A stretch of 64,000 nucleotides of DNA from Lingula anatina (lineage: Eukaryota; Animalia; Brachiopoda). The translations under genes and the position numbers were made by a program. The stretch covers positions 806,001-870,000 of the forward strand of contig CM120643.1 of assembly GCA_051362555.1 (NCBI GenBank), given 5' to 3'. Below the pieces are notes generated by a model. It was not told where the DNA came from. It did not search any database and saw only the letters and a list, made by a program, of their open reading frames with translations. Shown one piece after another: positions 29,030-40,465 of the stretch (its first letter is position 1; each line of letters opens with the position of its first letter).

Positions 29030-29600
29030 ATACTATGGAACCTGCCACGGACTGACTCTACCAAGGTGCCATCCCTTGCCTTGGTACCGACCTTGCCAAT
29101 AATATCATTTCTGCAATGTTACCATCCCTGCAATGGTAATGTCCCTACCAATGGTTCCATTTCTGTCAATGATGCCATCTGTGCCAATGGTACCATCCCT
29201 GTAAATGGTACCGTCCTTATCATGGTACCATCTTCGTCATGGTACAGTTCTTATCATGGTACCATCTCCGCCATGGTACAGTTCTTATCATGGTACCATC
29301 TCCGCCATGGTACCGTCCTTATCATGGTACCATCTCCATCATGGTACCATTCTTATCATGATACCATCTCTGCCATGGTACCGTCCTTATCATGGTACCA
29401 TCTCCGTCATGGTACCGTCCTTGTCATGGTACCATCTCCGTCATGGTATGGTCCTTATCATGGTACCATCTCCGTCATGGTACCGTCACTGCCATGGTAA
29501 CGTCTCTGTCATGGTACCGTCCTTATCATGGTACCATCTCCGTCATGGTACTGTCACTGCCATGGTAACGTCTTTGCCAATGGCTCCTGTCCTTGCTCTT
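29030..29600. repeat. Minisatellite with ATGGTACCAT palindromic core; diverged 17-18-bp units at the edges, homogeneous 17-bp units (34-bp A/B dimer) in the centre
   Basis: Alternating atcatggtaccatctcc / gtcatggtaccgtcctt. Explains ORFs 29066-29500 and 29205-29621. Confidence 0.95.
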
Positions 29601-30974
29601 AACCCTGGAATCAGACCATAGGAAGTATGTCTTACCATGGTGAGTTGGTAAATTTATAAATCTGTTAATTCTATATATGGAATCTGCACACTTAAATCAT
29701 TTAAACTTCTGCAAGTTTCCCCCTTTTTGTTTTAAAAAAATCCTTCTTTGTTCTATATCTACATGAAGCTTTAAATACAACTGCCAAAAAACAAAATGCT
29801 GATAGGAAAAATTTGACAAAAATTTGACAAAAATGATAATAACCAAGAAATTGTCCAAGTAGAAAGATCTACATGCACACACAAACTTGAATTCTGACAA
29901 ACATTTTCTCTGAAATAAATTTGTGTCATGCAACTGTCACATTTCACAATTAACACAGTCAGACCTAACTGTAGTTAATAAGACCTAAAAGTTAAGAGTA
30001 AGTTGTCCAATGAGCTTGATAGCAATGCTTGGTGATTGGTTAGAATATGCAGTATAAATACCAGAAAACAGACCCGATCTGTATTAACATAGAGCTAGGT
30101 GGAGTTAAACATGCAGAATGATGGCTAAATATCTGTTGCAGATAAACACTGAGAATATAAACTTTACACACAGTCTGGCAGAGACGAGGTTTGGAAAACT
30201 GCAAAAGAATGTGAAGTATTAGGACTTCTTCAATTAGAAGAGGAAATTGATTATAGAAGTTAAAAAATATTTCTGATAGAAGATTTTTGAAGTGTCAGCA
30301 ACATCGTGACTTTGTATCGGTAGGTACATTTGCATGTCTGTTTTTTTTTTTTTTTTTTTTTTTTTTTGTATGCATTTAAATCATCCAGAGTACACCATAA
30401 GTGGTTGATTACAATTTTTTTTCTAAATGATTCTAAATTCCAGTAGGATCTATTCAAGACTGAGGCCCAAGACAACTCTTCTTCCTGCCACCAAAAAATT
30501 TTAAATACTTACAGTTCAACAAACTGTTTAATTTTTCTGGCATATTTCAGATGTAAATACAATTATGATTGTTTTAATTACCCGTCCAGAAATAGACAGT
30601 TACATTAACTAATCAAAGCAATACAGGCTGCAAAATTTGATACTTTTGTGCCAACTTGCACACAAAAAAAAAGAAAACTTGTTGAAAAATCATCAGACCT
30701 GACCCAGGCTGCAAGTGAAGACTGTACAATTATAAATAGATTTCAATAACTGCAGGAAATGGGAGTATCTAATCTGAAGACAGCATGAATTGATTTCTAA
30801 TGGCCGACCCTCCAACCTTCATGTTCTGTTCTCTATACACAGATATACACAAATTCTGCAGTTCTAGTCACTACCTTGGCAAGTTTACACTCACTTTAGG
30901 TTGGATTGTGTGAAAAAAAGAAGGAAAATTGGCTGTGGCCTTAAAACCAGGCATATACCAGTAGCGCTTGGTAA

Positions 30975-30985
30975 ACACACACACA

Positions 30986-31020
<35 letters not shown>

Positions 31021-31021
31021 A
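30975..31021. repeat. (AC)n followed by poly(A)
   Basis: Directly visible. Confidence 0.9.
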
Positions 31022-31441
31022 TCATGTCCGTATCTCATATTAAATTTCTTTTAATTACTTGAATGTCACACAAATATTAATTTTAAACACAACATTTATT
31101 AATTGTTCTGAAACTGCAATACATAAAAAATTCTGATTTGAACTTTAAGATTGCTTTTGAAGACTTCTAAATCATAGAATGAATTACTGCTCATTATCAG
31201 ATCTAACAATGCTCAAATAAAAGCTGAGAATTGATTGGTTTCAATACTGTTGTATCAGTGCCTGGTACGTGTACGTCATTATTGCTAAGATTACTCATGG
31301 AAAGTGACATTTTGCTCGGCTCAGGGCTGTTCTACTTAGAACACACCCAGGGATAATTTTCTAATAGATATACTGATATAAACCTGCAAGATGAAGTTCC
31401 ACCAAGCTGGAGACAATGCTTAAAGACATATCTAAGACTAT

Positions 31442-31656
31442 GGCTGTATTCCCAGAGATTTTAGATCGATCTATCCCCGCGGGGAGTCTCACTAGATTAC
31501 TGTCAGATAATTCGGCTTAAATGTCCATCCCGCCTACTACAAGCTGTAAGGGGGTAATTAACTTTCGTGTCCGCCCAGCTGACAGCTATTTAGCGTGAAC
31601 CCCCAGGAAGTTAGGTCGATCTAAAGTAGAGCGATCTAATCTCTGGAAATGGGGTC
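31442..31656 (+). mobile_element. PIF/Harbinger-type MITE, family H1 (about 215 bp), internal subtype 1
   Basis: Imperfect TIRs ggctgtattcccagagattttagatcgatct ... atctctggaaatggggtc; flanks tat/taa; four more copies in the window, three with perfect TAA or TTA TSDs. Confidence 0.9.
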
Positions 31657-33057
31657 TAAGGCAGCCAGACACCATTGCCTCCTGCCAGACAGATTTTACC
31701 AACAGCATTTGTTAACCAATTAAAGCTGAATGGTTGTAGGCATTAGCATGGGAATTGTGTGTTAATATAGTCTGAATTCATCACAGCAACAAATGACACA
31801 ATTTGCAGCACTTAGATGCATTGTTGACTACATTTATTTCAAAATTTTGTTGACATTTGGTCAAACAAAGTGTGATGCAGTTCTTTTTTATGAGCGCCTT
31901 TTGTCATATCAGTGCCAGCATTAAGTTAACTGCCCGTACCTGATTCTCATTTTCCTATTGTAAAATATACACTGTCATTTACATGTAATACAGCTCTTCC
32001 AAACCAGTGTTACATCTGGCCTGCGCCATTGCAACATTCCTGCATTGAAAACAATGTGTCTCTCATTCTGAGGCATCCTGCTGCTAATGGCACAAAACTA
32101 AAAACAAAATGTCCATCGAAACTTTGTTTAAAGTTAATTTTTTTACATCAAGTCATGGCAAAATGTCAGATGCATATGAATAACATTTTATTATTTTATT
32201 GAATAAACTTGACGGAAAAAGTCAATATTAAAAGTTTTAAAATAAGTTTTATGATAAGTTTCCAAATAAATGACTTTTTTTTGTCAATTTGGTGTATTTA
32301 GTAAAAACATTTGACTAAAAACCAACAGATTTTTAAAAAAATTTAAATCCTCGCATGTCCCATCAAATTTGATTTTAAGCATGTTATTACCCACTATTAA
32401 AAATTAGGAAGTGTCATTGAGAGCTTAATTCTTTTTTTTTTTTTTTTTTTTTGGGGGGGGGGGGGGGGGGACTAGTGAGAAGTTTGTCCCCCAAAATTTC
32501 TGAGCAAGGTGTCCACTGTCCTCCAGTTTTCACAGATGTAACACTGTTAAACTGACTGACATTACTAGCCAATGAAGTTAAAACAATGATGTCTGGAAAA
32601 GCCAATTTGTAATGCCATACGCTCTCTCCATGCCCTCAATTGGTGATAAAACAGCTAGTGAACTAAAAAAACTACAAACTGCAAGGAGTTTAGAAATCTT
32701 AATTTCAACTTGGTTCTATGTGAACACGGTGAAGAGGTTCTCTTTTTCAAAATAATACCCTGCCATTTGATGATATACTGCCAATAATAAGACTCCAGGG
32801 TACACAGCAAAATAAAGAGAAAAGAAATTCTAAGAAATTGACAAGAACAGCATGGTTCTAGACAGAGGGACCATTACTTCACAGTGTATCACCACCCAGA
32901 TCTGTCCTCCAATCAAAACAAACTATGCCAACATGGTTCTGCTGCGAAGTTACATTCTGTCTCAGCAGGTGCAAACTGTGCCTTGTAGAGTTCTGTCAAC
33001 AGTGTGATCTGCTTCTTGTTTTACAGCTGCACTGTTTGGTTAAAGTACACTGTTAAA

Positions 33058-33408
33058 GGCCGTATTCAGAACAGTGGACTAACTAGTCTGAGGGTCAAAT
33101 ATGGCCGACCCACAGGGAATACTTCCCCACGGGGAATTCTTTCAGTGTGTATAATTCAGGGGTGGATCCAGAGATATTTTCTGACAGTCTTCCAAGTTAT
33201 CTTTATTGACCCATCCTCAATTTTTGACCGTCTTCCAACAGAAAAAAATAGATACCCTTCAATGTAAACTTGAAAATCTGACCGTCTTCCAGAAGACCCA
33301 GAAGACTAAGGCCTAAATCCGCCCCTGTAATTAGCGGGTTAGACGGCAAGCTTTTTTAGTGGGTTGCCATATTTCACCTGTAGAGTATTTAGTCAACTGA
33401 ATGAAGCC
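33058..33408 (+). mobile_element. Harbinger-like MITE family H2 (old), interrupted by a CAGGGG MITE
   Basis: Degenerate ~55-bp IRs ggccgtattcag...aaatatggccgacccac / gtgggttgccatattt...ctgaatgaagcc; 3-bp flanks aaa/aaa; inverted homolog at 40310-40465. Confidence 0.7.
33157..33327 (+). mobile_element. MITE, CAGGGG(C/T)GGAT family, 5-bp TSD TAATT
   Basis: TIRs caggggtggat / atccgcccctg; TAATT at 33152-33156 and 33328-33332; second copy at 58305-58465. Confidence 0.9.
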
Positions 33409-33911
33409 AAAGATACTTATAAACTTAACTTTCAATCTTATTCGGACTTTTTGAAACCTTTATTTAATGGGTATTTTTGAGTTTGGGACTCAAAAAGTCG
33501 TAGTTGGTAAATACAATTAAAAATTGAGGACATCAGGAATATTCCCTGATTGCATTATTTTCACAGTAAAATCTTACTAGACCCCCTAGCTAGCTATAAA
33601 AATAACACATAAATTTTTTCAAAAATTGATAAATTTCATCTGGTTATGCCATAACTGCCTCTAAATGGAGTTAAAAAACATTAATTCTTTTGATTTATGT
33701 TAAGGTTTTGTTCCCGTCTGCTTCAGTATAAGCATTGAGTTATATACAGAATATGCTACTTGGTAATAATGCACAAGAAAAAGACCACTGTTGCAGGTTT
33801 ACTTACTGCGGGGCACAAAACTGAAATGATTACAATTTGGTGTTGAGCAGACTGACAAAAATAAATTGATGGAATTAAAGAAATCTATCTTCACATTTAC
33901 TGCACTAAACT

Positions 33912-34078
33912 CAGGCTCGTAGCCAGGGGGGTTCGAGGGGTTCGAAAGAACTGCCCCTTTTGCTGGGAAAAGGTCCACTCTGGGTAAAATTTGATCTAGG
34001 TACATAAAGTTTTTATGGAAAAAGGTCCACTTTTTCAGAAAAAGAACCCCCCTTTTGAAATTGCTGGCTACGGGCCTG
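33912..34078 (-). mobile_element. MITE, CAGGCCCGTAGCCAG family
   Basis: 15-bp TIRs matching 14/15 (caggctcgtagccag / ctggctacgggcctg); flanks aaact/caact (5-bp TSD with one mismatch). Confidence 0.9.
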
Positions 34079-35285
34079 CAACTTCTTATCAAATCATTTT
34101 GCTTCTTTCCAATCTATAATTAGTCTGTCTCCAATTAATCTGGTGGGTCCACAGTATGTTTTCCAAGCAACTGTGCTGGTATATTAACATATTGCAGCGA
34201 CCTTTTGTTGAATATTTTACTTAAAACAATGATTAGGGACACAAACTTATGTAGAGGTTAAGTGTACACGTAATATGTGTGTATAGGTAATATACTGTGT
34301 TCATATCTCTTGCAAATAAAACTGAACTAGACAGAGAATTTCATCAGCTGTGTTGACTGAAGAAAAAAATCACATCATTTTTATAACTGAACTAGATTTG
34401 GCAAAAATCTCTCTCACCAAGAAAAAAAATTGTCCAATATTTCAGACACCATTCATTTCAAACTGACAAAAATCCTTCACAAACAGAAACGCTTTTTGCA
34501 AGAAACCGAAAAACTTCATTCACAGTTTGCCAAAACCTTATGAGAACATTTCAAGTGGTCTAAAAAAGACTACTTTAGACAGTTGCTCAAATTTACCCCA
34601 TGTGTAATTCTAAGAATGAACACCTTTTTTACTTGATCTACAATGTCTGCCCTCCACTTGACTTCAGGTTACAAATATCGGCTCATTTTTGGCTTAAATA
34701 TCAACCCAGACCCAATCATCTCTCCAGTGTATCCTTCATTCCAACACACACCGTAAGTATGCACTGGAACTTCTTAGAACCACGTCTTGTTTCTGCCCAG
34801 TTTCCACATTCCTCAGCCTGCGTGTAGTGGTAAGGATCAAAATCAAGCTGTTTTCCTGAGAAACTATCTATTATGGCAACTCTTGTACTGGTGGCTTTCC
34901 TACAAGTAGTAAACACTTCATTCTGGGTACTTACACAGTTGTGACAAGATAAAAGTACAAGTTAACGAGTGCTATACGAACATGTAGGGCTTTGTTTACA
35001 ACTACTTGTGTCACAGATTGCAAATGTTCTTGGATGTTAATGAGATTGAAAAGGAAAAATCTTTTCATTAATGAAAATTATGTTGAAAACAATCAACATA
35101 TCTCCTACTCTGAAAAAAAAAAAGAAATATCCAAGGACTAACTTTGAATGTTGGAACAGATTCATTAACCATTGGTTAGCATGGGAAAATTGTTGTTTCA
35201 TCTAGGAAATTCTTTTTTTTTTGTCCAAAATGTACATTTGTTATCAAGATAATAACTGTACTGTACAGCAAGATGTAAAAAGAAA

Positions 35286-38267
35286 AACAAGGCAGCAAAG
35301 CTGTCAAATGTACAGACAAAAAACAGGAAATAACTATGCACAAAATAGGCTACTGTCAATTCTGATGCAAAAATACATTATGTTAAACTGCAAATTCAAC
35401 ATCAAATTTAAATTATCCTCAACAGGTAATATCAATGTAATTAAAATATGTGACAAGTTTACACTTTGAAAATGTATAACTTCCAGAAAAAGAAGTCACT
35501 TAGACTGCTTTTCCAACTCAGACTGCATTTTAGTCCTGTATTTCTTTTTTGAAAGTTTGGCAATCATAAGTAACATGGTTTTCCCATAATGGTCATCATG
35601 GCAGCAGCACCCAAAATTGTGTTTTCTTCTATTCTGATGCAATATTACATAATGGTTAACAGCATAATGATCGTCAATTTTTAATAATAAAATATACGTA
35701 TCATGGATTTTCAGAAAATGTGACTAGCATGGGTCTTCAAGCCCGTGGAACTTCAAAGTCACACCTTGAAAATGCCAATATGTGAAAAATTAAATTTTCA
35801 CAAAAGAACTATTTAACTGGCAGTAAGAATTACCAAACAGACTGTATTTCCTACTGAAGCTGTATTTTAGTCCCATGTTTCTTTCCTGTAAGTTTGAGAA
35901 CAGTAAATGACATGGTTTTTCTTAAATGGTCATCATGGGAGCAGTGCCCAAAATAGTTTTTTTTTTTCAAATTTTGATGCAATATTACATTATGTTTAAC
36001 AGCATAATGACCATCAACTTTAATAATAAAATATTAGTATTATGGATATTCAGAAAATGTGACTAGCAAAGGTCTTCAGGCCCATGGAACTTCAAAGTCA
36101 CAACTTGAAAATGCCAAAATGTTAACGAGACAGCACTGTGCTGAAATGTTTTTTTTTTTTCATTTTTAACAATTTTTAACATAAAACAAAATTAACAGTT
36201 TTCTGCCGTTTTTATATGATCAACTAAGAAAATTGATGAGATGGGAAAAATATCAACAGAGCAGTGTTAAATGTCCAATCTCTTCCATTCTGAGATTCTG
36301 AACATAGTGAATGATTGAATCTGACAAACTGCAATGATATGAGTTTATTTCCATTTTTGAAACTTTATTACACAATACACGATAACAAGTTTACCATCAT
36401 TTTTACATAATCAACTAATAATGTTGTAAAATTGCAGGAAATGCCAAACAAACACTTTTACGTATCTTATTAGTTCAATAATGAAACTGTTTACATGCCT
36501 AAGAATTAAATCTGAGGAAATGTGAAAAAAACTGCATTTCTTTAAAATAGTGGCCCGATTATGCTGATTTTTGAACTCAACCTGCGTTTTAGCAGGAATG
36601 TCCAATCCTGTGAGTTTAATGACAATTGGCCTATCTGTTTTTCTTATATTGTGTTTACAGTGTTGCATATATGCTGAAAAGTGAAAAAAAAAGCATAACT
36701 ACTAAAATAGTGGCCTGATCATGCCGATTTTCGAACTTGACCTGCGTTATAGTAAGATCAATTACTCCTGTGAGTTTCATGACAAAAAGCTCATCGGTTT
36801 TCCTTGAAATGTGTTTACAGTGTTGCATATATGCTGAAAAGTGAAAAAACAGCATAACTTCTACATTAATGGCCCGATCATGCTGATTTTCGAACTTGAC
36901 CTGCATTTTATGAATATTCATCAGCTCTGTAAATATACAGCCAAAAAGTAAAACTGCCTTCCACTTATCGTGTTTACAATGAAAGTGCATGGCGCCGGCG
37001 ACAGCGACAGTGACAGCAACGACGGCAACGACAGACGCAGGTGATGGCAATATGTACAGACACATCTGTACATATTAACTGTACTGTTTGAGAACAGTAA
37101 GTGACATGGTTTTTCTTAAATGGTCATCATGGGAGCAGTGCTCAAAATAGGTTTTTTTCAAATTTTGATGCAATATTACATAATGCTTAACAGCATAATG
37201 ATCATCAATTTTTAATAATAAAATATTAGTATCATGGACAAATAGTAAACGTGACTAACAAAGGTTTTTAGGCCGATGGAACTTCAAAGTCACGCCTTAA
37301 AGATGCCAAAATGTAAACAAGACTGCACTGTTCTGAAATGGGTTTATTTCCATTTTTAACACTTTTTTAACATAAAACAAAATTAATAGGTTACTGCCAT
37401 TTTTAAAAGATCAACAAAGAAAATTGATGAGATGTGAAATATATCAATAGAACAGTGTTAAATGTCCAATTTCTTCCATTCTGAGATTCTGAACATAGTG
37501 AATGATTGAATCTGACAAACTGCAATGATATGAGTTTATTTCCATTTTTGACACTTCATTACACAATACACGATAACAAGTTTACCATCATTTTTACATA
37601 ATCAACTAACAATGTTGTAAAGATGCAGGAAATGTCAAACAAACACTTTTACGTATCTTATTACTTAAATAATAAGGCTATTAACATGCCTAAGAATTAA
37701 ATCTGAGGAAATCTGAAGAAATGTGAAAAAAACAGCATAACTTCTAAAATAATGCCCCGATTATGCTGATTTTCGAACTCAACCTGCGTTTTAGTAAGAC
37801 TGACCACTCCTGTGAGTTTAATGACAATTGGGCTTTCTGTTTTTCTTATATTGTGTTTACAGTGTTGCATATATGCTGAACAATGAAAAAAGCGCATAAC
37901 TACTAAAATAGTGGCCCGATCATGCTGATTTTCGAACTTGACCTGTGTTTTAGTAAGATTGATTACTCCTGTGAGTTTCATGACAACAGGCCTAACGGTT
38001 TTCCTTTAAATGTGTTTACAAGGTTGCATATATGCTGAAAAGTGAAAAAACAGCATAACTTCTACAATAATGGCCCGATCATGCTGATTTTCGAACTTGA
38101 CCTGCGTTTTATGAATATTCATCAGCTCTGTAAATATAAAGCCAAAAAGTAAAACTGCCTTCCACTTATCGTGTTTACAAGGAAAGTGCACGGCGACGGC
38201 ATCGCCATCGGCGACGACAGACGCAGGTGATGGCAATATGTACAGACACATCTGTGTCTGTACATAA
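35286..38267 (-). mobile_element. Composite non-autonomous Helentron-associated element (HINE/DINE-1/pearl-like), about 3 kb
   Basis: Minus-strand order: T-rich end, subTIR ATGTACAGACA within a perfect 14-bp hairpin (38237-38266), GCCGAT/GTCGCC microsatellite, ~160-bp tandem units, inverted subTIR (35308-35318), stem-loop GACAGCTTTGCTGCC, TTGTT. No TSD. Internal second terminus at ~37045-37075. Second copy at 56413-58102. Confidence 0.85.
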
Positions 38268-38931
38268 TAAAGAGGTCAGGCGGATAAGATATTAGGGCCA
38301 GATAGCTACTGGGAAAATATAAACATAAAAACATATAAAAATAAAAACCATAAAATTGTCCAATATCAAACCATTTTGTTTCTTTATAACGTTTCACTTA
38401 GTCAGTCTTATTAAGCAGGTCTTTCTCTATACATACATTACAGAGAGAGAGAGAGAAAGAGGGAGAGAGAGAGAGAAGGGGGGGGGGGGTCTTGTTAGCC
38501 AGATTCTGGAGATCAGTTATGAAGTTTATATTCACTCTTAATTGTTGAAACACCATTCATATTTTTGTAGAATATATTTACAGATTTTTCAAATCAGTAT
38601 ATAAAAAAGAATTTATATACAAATTACATCCAATAATTCATCTGATCTAGTTGTTGAAAGATGGCAAGCTAAGTAACAGGTTGTTTAGTTTTAATCCAAT
38701 AACTCTAAAAATAAATATCCTTTCCATGAGCAAACAAACTAAAACAACCAGACATGCTCCCAGTGAACACTTTTGTTTAAAACATTAGGCACCTGTCGTC
38801 TGCTCACATATTATGTGACATATCATGTGACCTCCTGCAGAGGCTCAAATCAAATTTAAGGTTCAAAGAGGGAAAAGGCTTCATTTGCAATTTCACCCAA
38901 AATAAGGATTTTCATTTATGTTTTGCTTGTT

Positions 38932-39820
38932 AGCTTTGTTAGTATCATATTAACTTTTTTTATTTTCATTTAAGTTTTATTTTATGGAATTTTCACCGCG
39001 GTGAAAATAATTTACACCGCGGTAGAAAATAATTTCCACCGCGGTGGGAATTAATTTTCACCGCGGTGGAAAATAATTTTCACCGCGGTGGTAATTCCTG
39101 GCCATCTCGACCCGGGTGATGCACACATGTAGGTTGAACGAATCCAAAATTTACCAGATGTCTGGGAAGTAAGTTGATAAAGACACTCACATGCACATGC
39201 ACGCGGTTTAACCAGTCTATGTGCCAATCGTCCCAGGAATGTGGAGGAAGCGGGCAGTATTCGAATAGTTTAAAAGTCACCGAAATGCTGCAATGTTGTA
39301 CGTCGCTTTTCCCATTATAATAACTTGCGTATTATTAGGAATATTGGTAGAAAGAAACCTCTCTGAAGAAACCGAGATTACATCTATTAAGATAAGATCT
39401 ATGGGCAAACACATCACACAAATATTTAAAAATACATTGTCCAAAAATAACGTTAAGTATTTAGTAATAACAATGGGATTCCCTCTGCATAAAACTGCAA
39501 GCGGGACTTTAATTATATAGGTGGTAAATATAGACGGGAAACCTAAGTTAATGGCAGTGGCCCCACGAACAGATACACCAGCCTTGTGTGTATGTAACAA
39601 TAGCATGAACCGTGACGGCATCTGGCAAATGTAAGGTTCTCATTACCTATTCATCACCCGGGCCGAGATGGCCAGGAATTACCACTGCGGTGAAAATTAT
39701 TTTCCACTGCGGTGTAAATTATTTTCTACCGCGGTGTAAATTATTTTCACCGCAGTGAAAATTCCATAAAATAAAACTTAAATGAAAATAGAAAAAAGTT
39801 AATATGATACTAACAAAGCT
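38932..39820. mobile_element. Foldback-type DNA element with 170-190-bp modular inverted repeats
   Basis: Near-perfect IR arms 38932-39121 and 39652-39820, holding 5 and 4 tandem ~21-22-bp units built on ATTTTCACCGCGGTGAAAAT; ~530-bp loop; candidate 8-bp TSD ATTTATGT at 38914-38921 and 39825-39832. Confidence 0.9.
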
Positions 39821-40309
39821 CCGTATTTATGTCAAGGAAAAAAAAAAAAAAAAAAAAAAAACTGTGAGTAACTAAAATCAATTCAGTTTTGACAGAAATG
39901 AATAAGTGAAGAAAACTATACTCCATCAAAGTTCAACCCTTTTTTACCCATACCATCATCTCTTCCGCATGATCATTAAAAAGTCACTTCCTACCATATT
40001 TCATAATCGTAGTTTTAATCACGATTTGTTTTGTGATTATGTCTGGTTAGTAACGATCAAGGTAATATGTTCAGCAATTACTGCGAATAACGAAGCTTTT
40101 CAACATGTGAAATAATTATAAAAGTTGTTTTAGTATCTAATCAAACTAATCTGACCGGATGTATTAGGTAACAGAAATAACTTTTTCTGAATTTGAAGTA
40201 ACTTTTCTTGCAATTTAGACAAAACTAAAGTCAAAAGCATCAATTATAATATAAACAGGGCCTCTCGCCAATATAAACTGACAGCCATGAATTCCAATTT
40301 GAATTCTTA

Positions 40310-40465
40310 GGCCGCATTCAGAATATGGCTATCCACCTAAAAGTTTACCATCTAATCCCCCAATAGACACTGAATAGATTCCCCAAAGGGGGGGGTATAA
40401 ACAACAAGTGGGATGGCCATTCAAGTTATGCCGCCATATTTGATCTGCGGACTATGTTACTCTGC
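40310..40465 (-). mobile_element. Degenerate copy of Harbinger-like MITE family H2 without the CAGGGG insertion
   Basis: tta|ggccgcattcag start; aatatggctatccacctaaaagtttaccatctaa...acactgaatagattcccc aligns to the reverse complement of 33125-33375 minus the insert. Confidence 0.65.

Noticed and set aside
29066-29621. Longest ORFs (144 and 138 aa) as a repetitive protein gene
   Set aside because: They arise from a stop-poor 17-bp minisatellite; the period is not a multiple of 3.
38990-39095. Palindromic repeats resembling a CRISPR or iteron array
   Set aside because: Spacing is only 1-2 nt and the array is mirrored at 39675-39765; it is a transposon IR domain.
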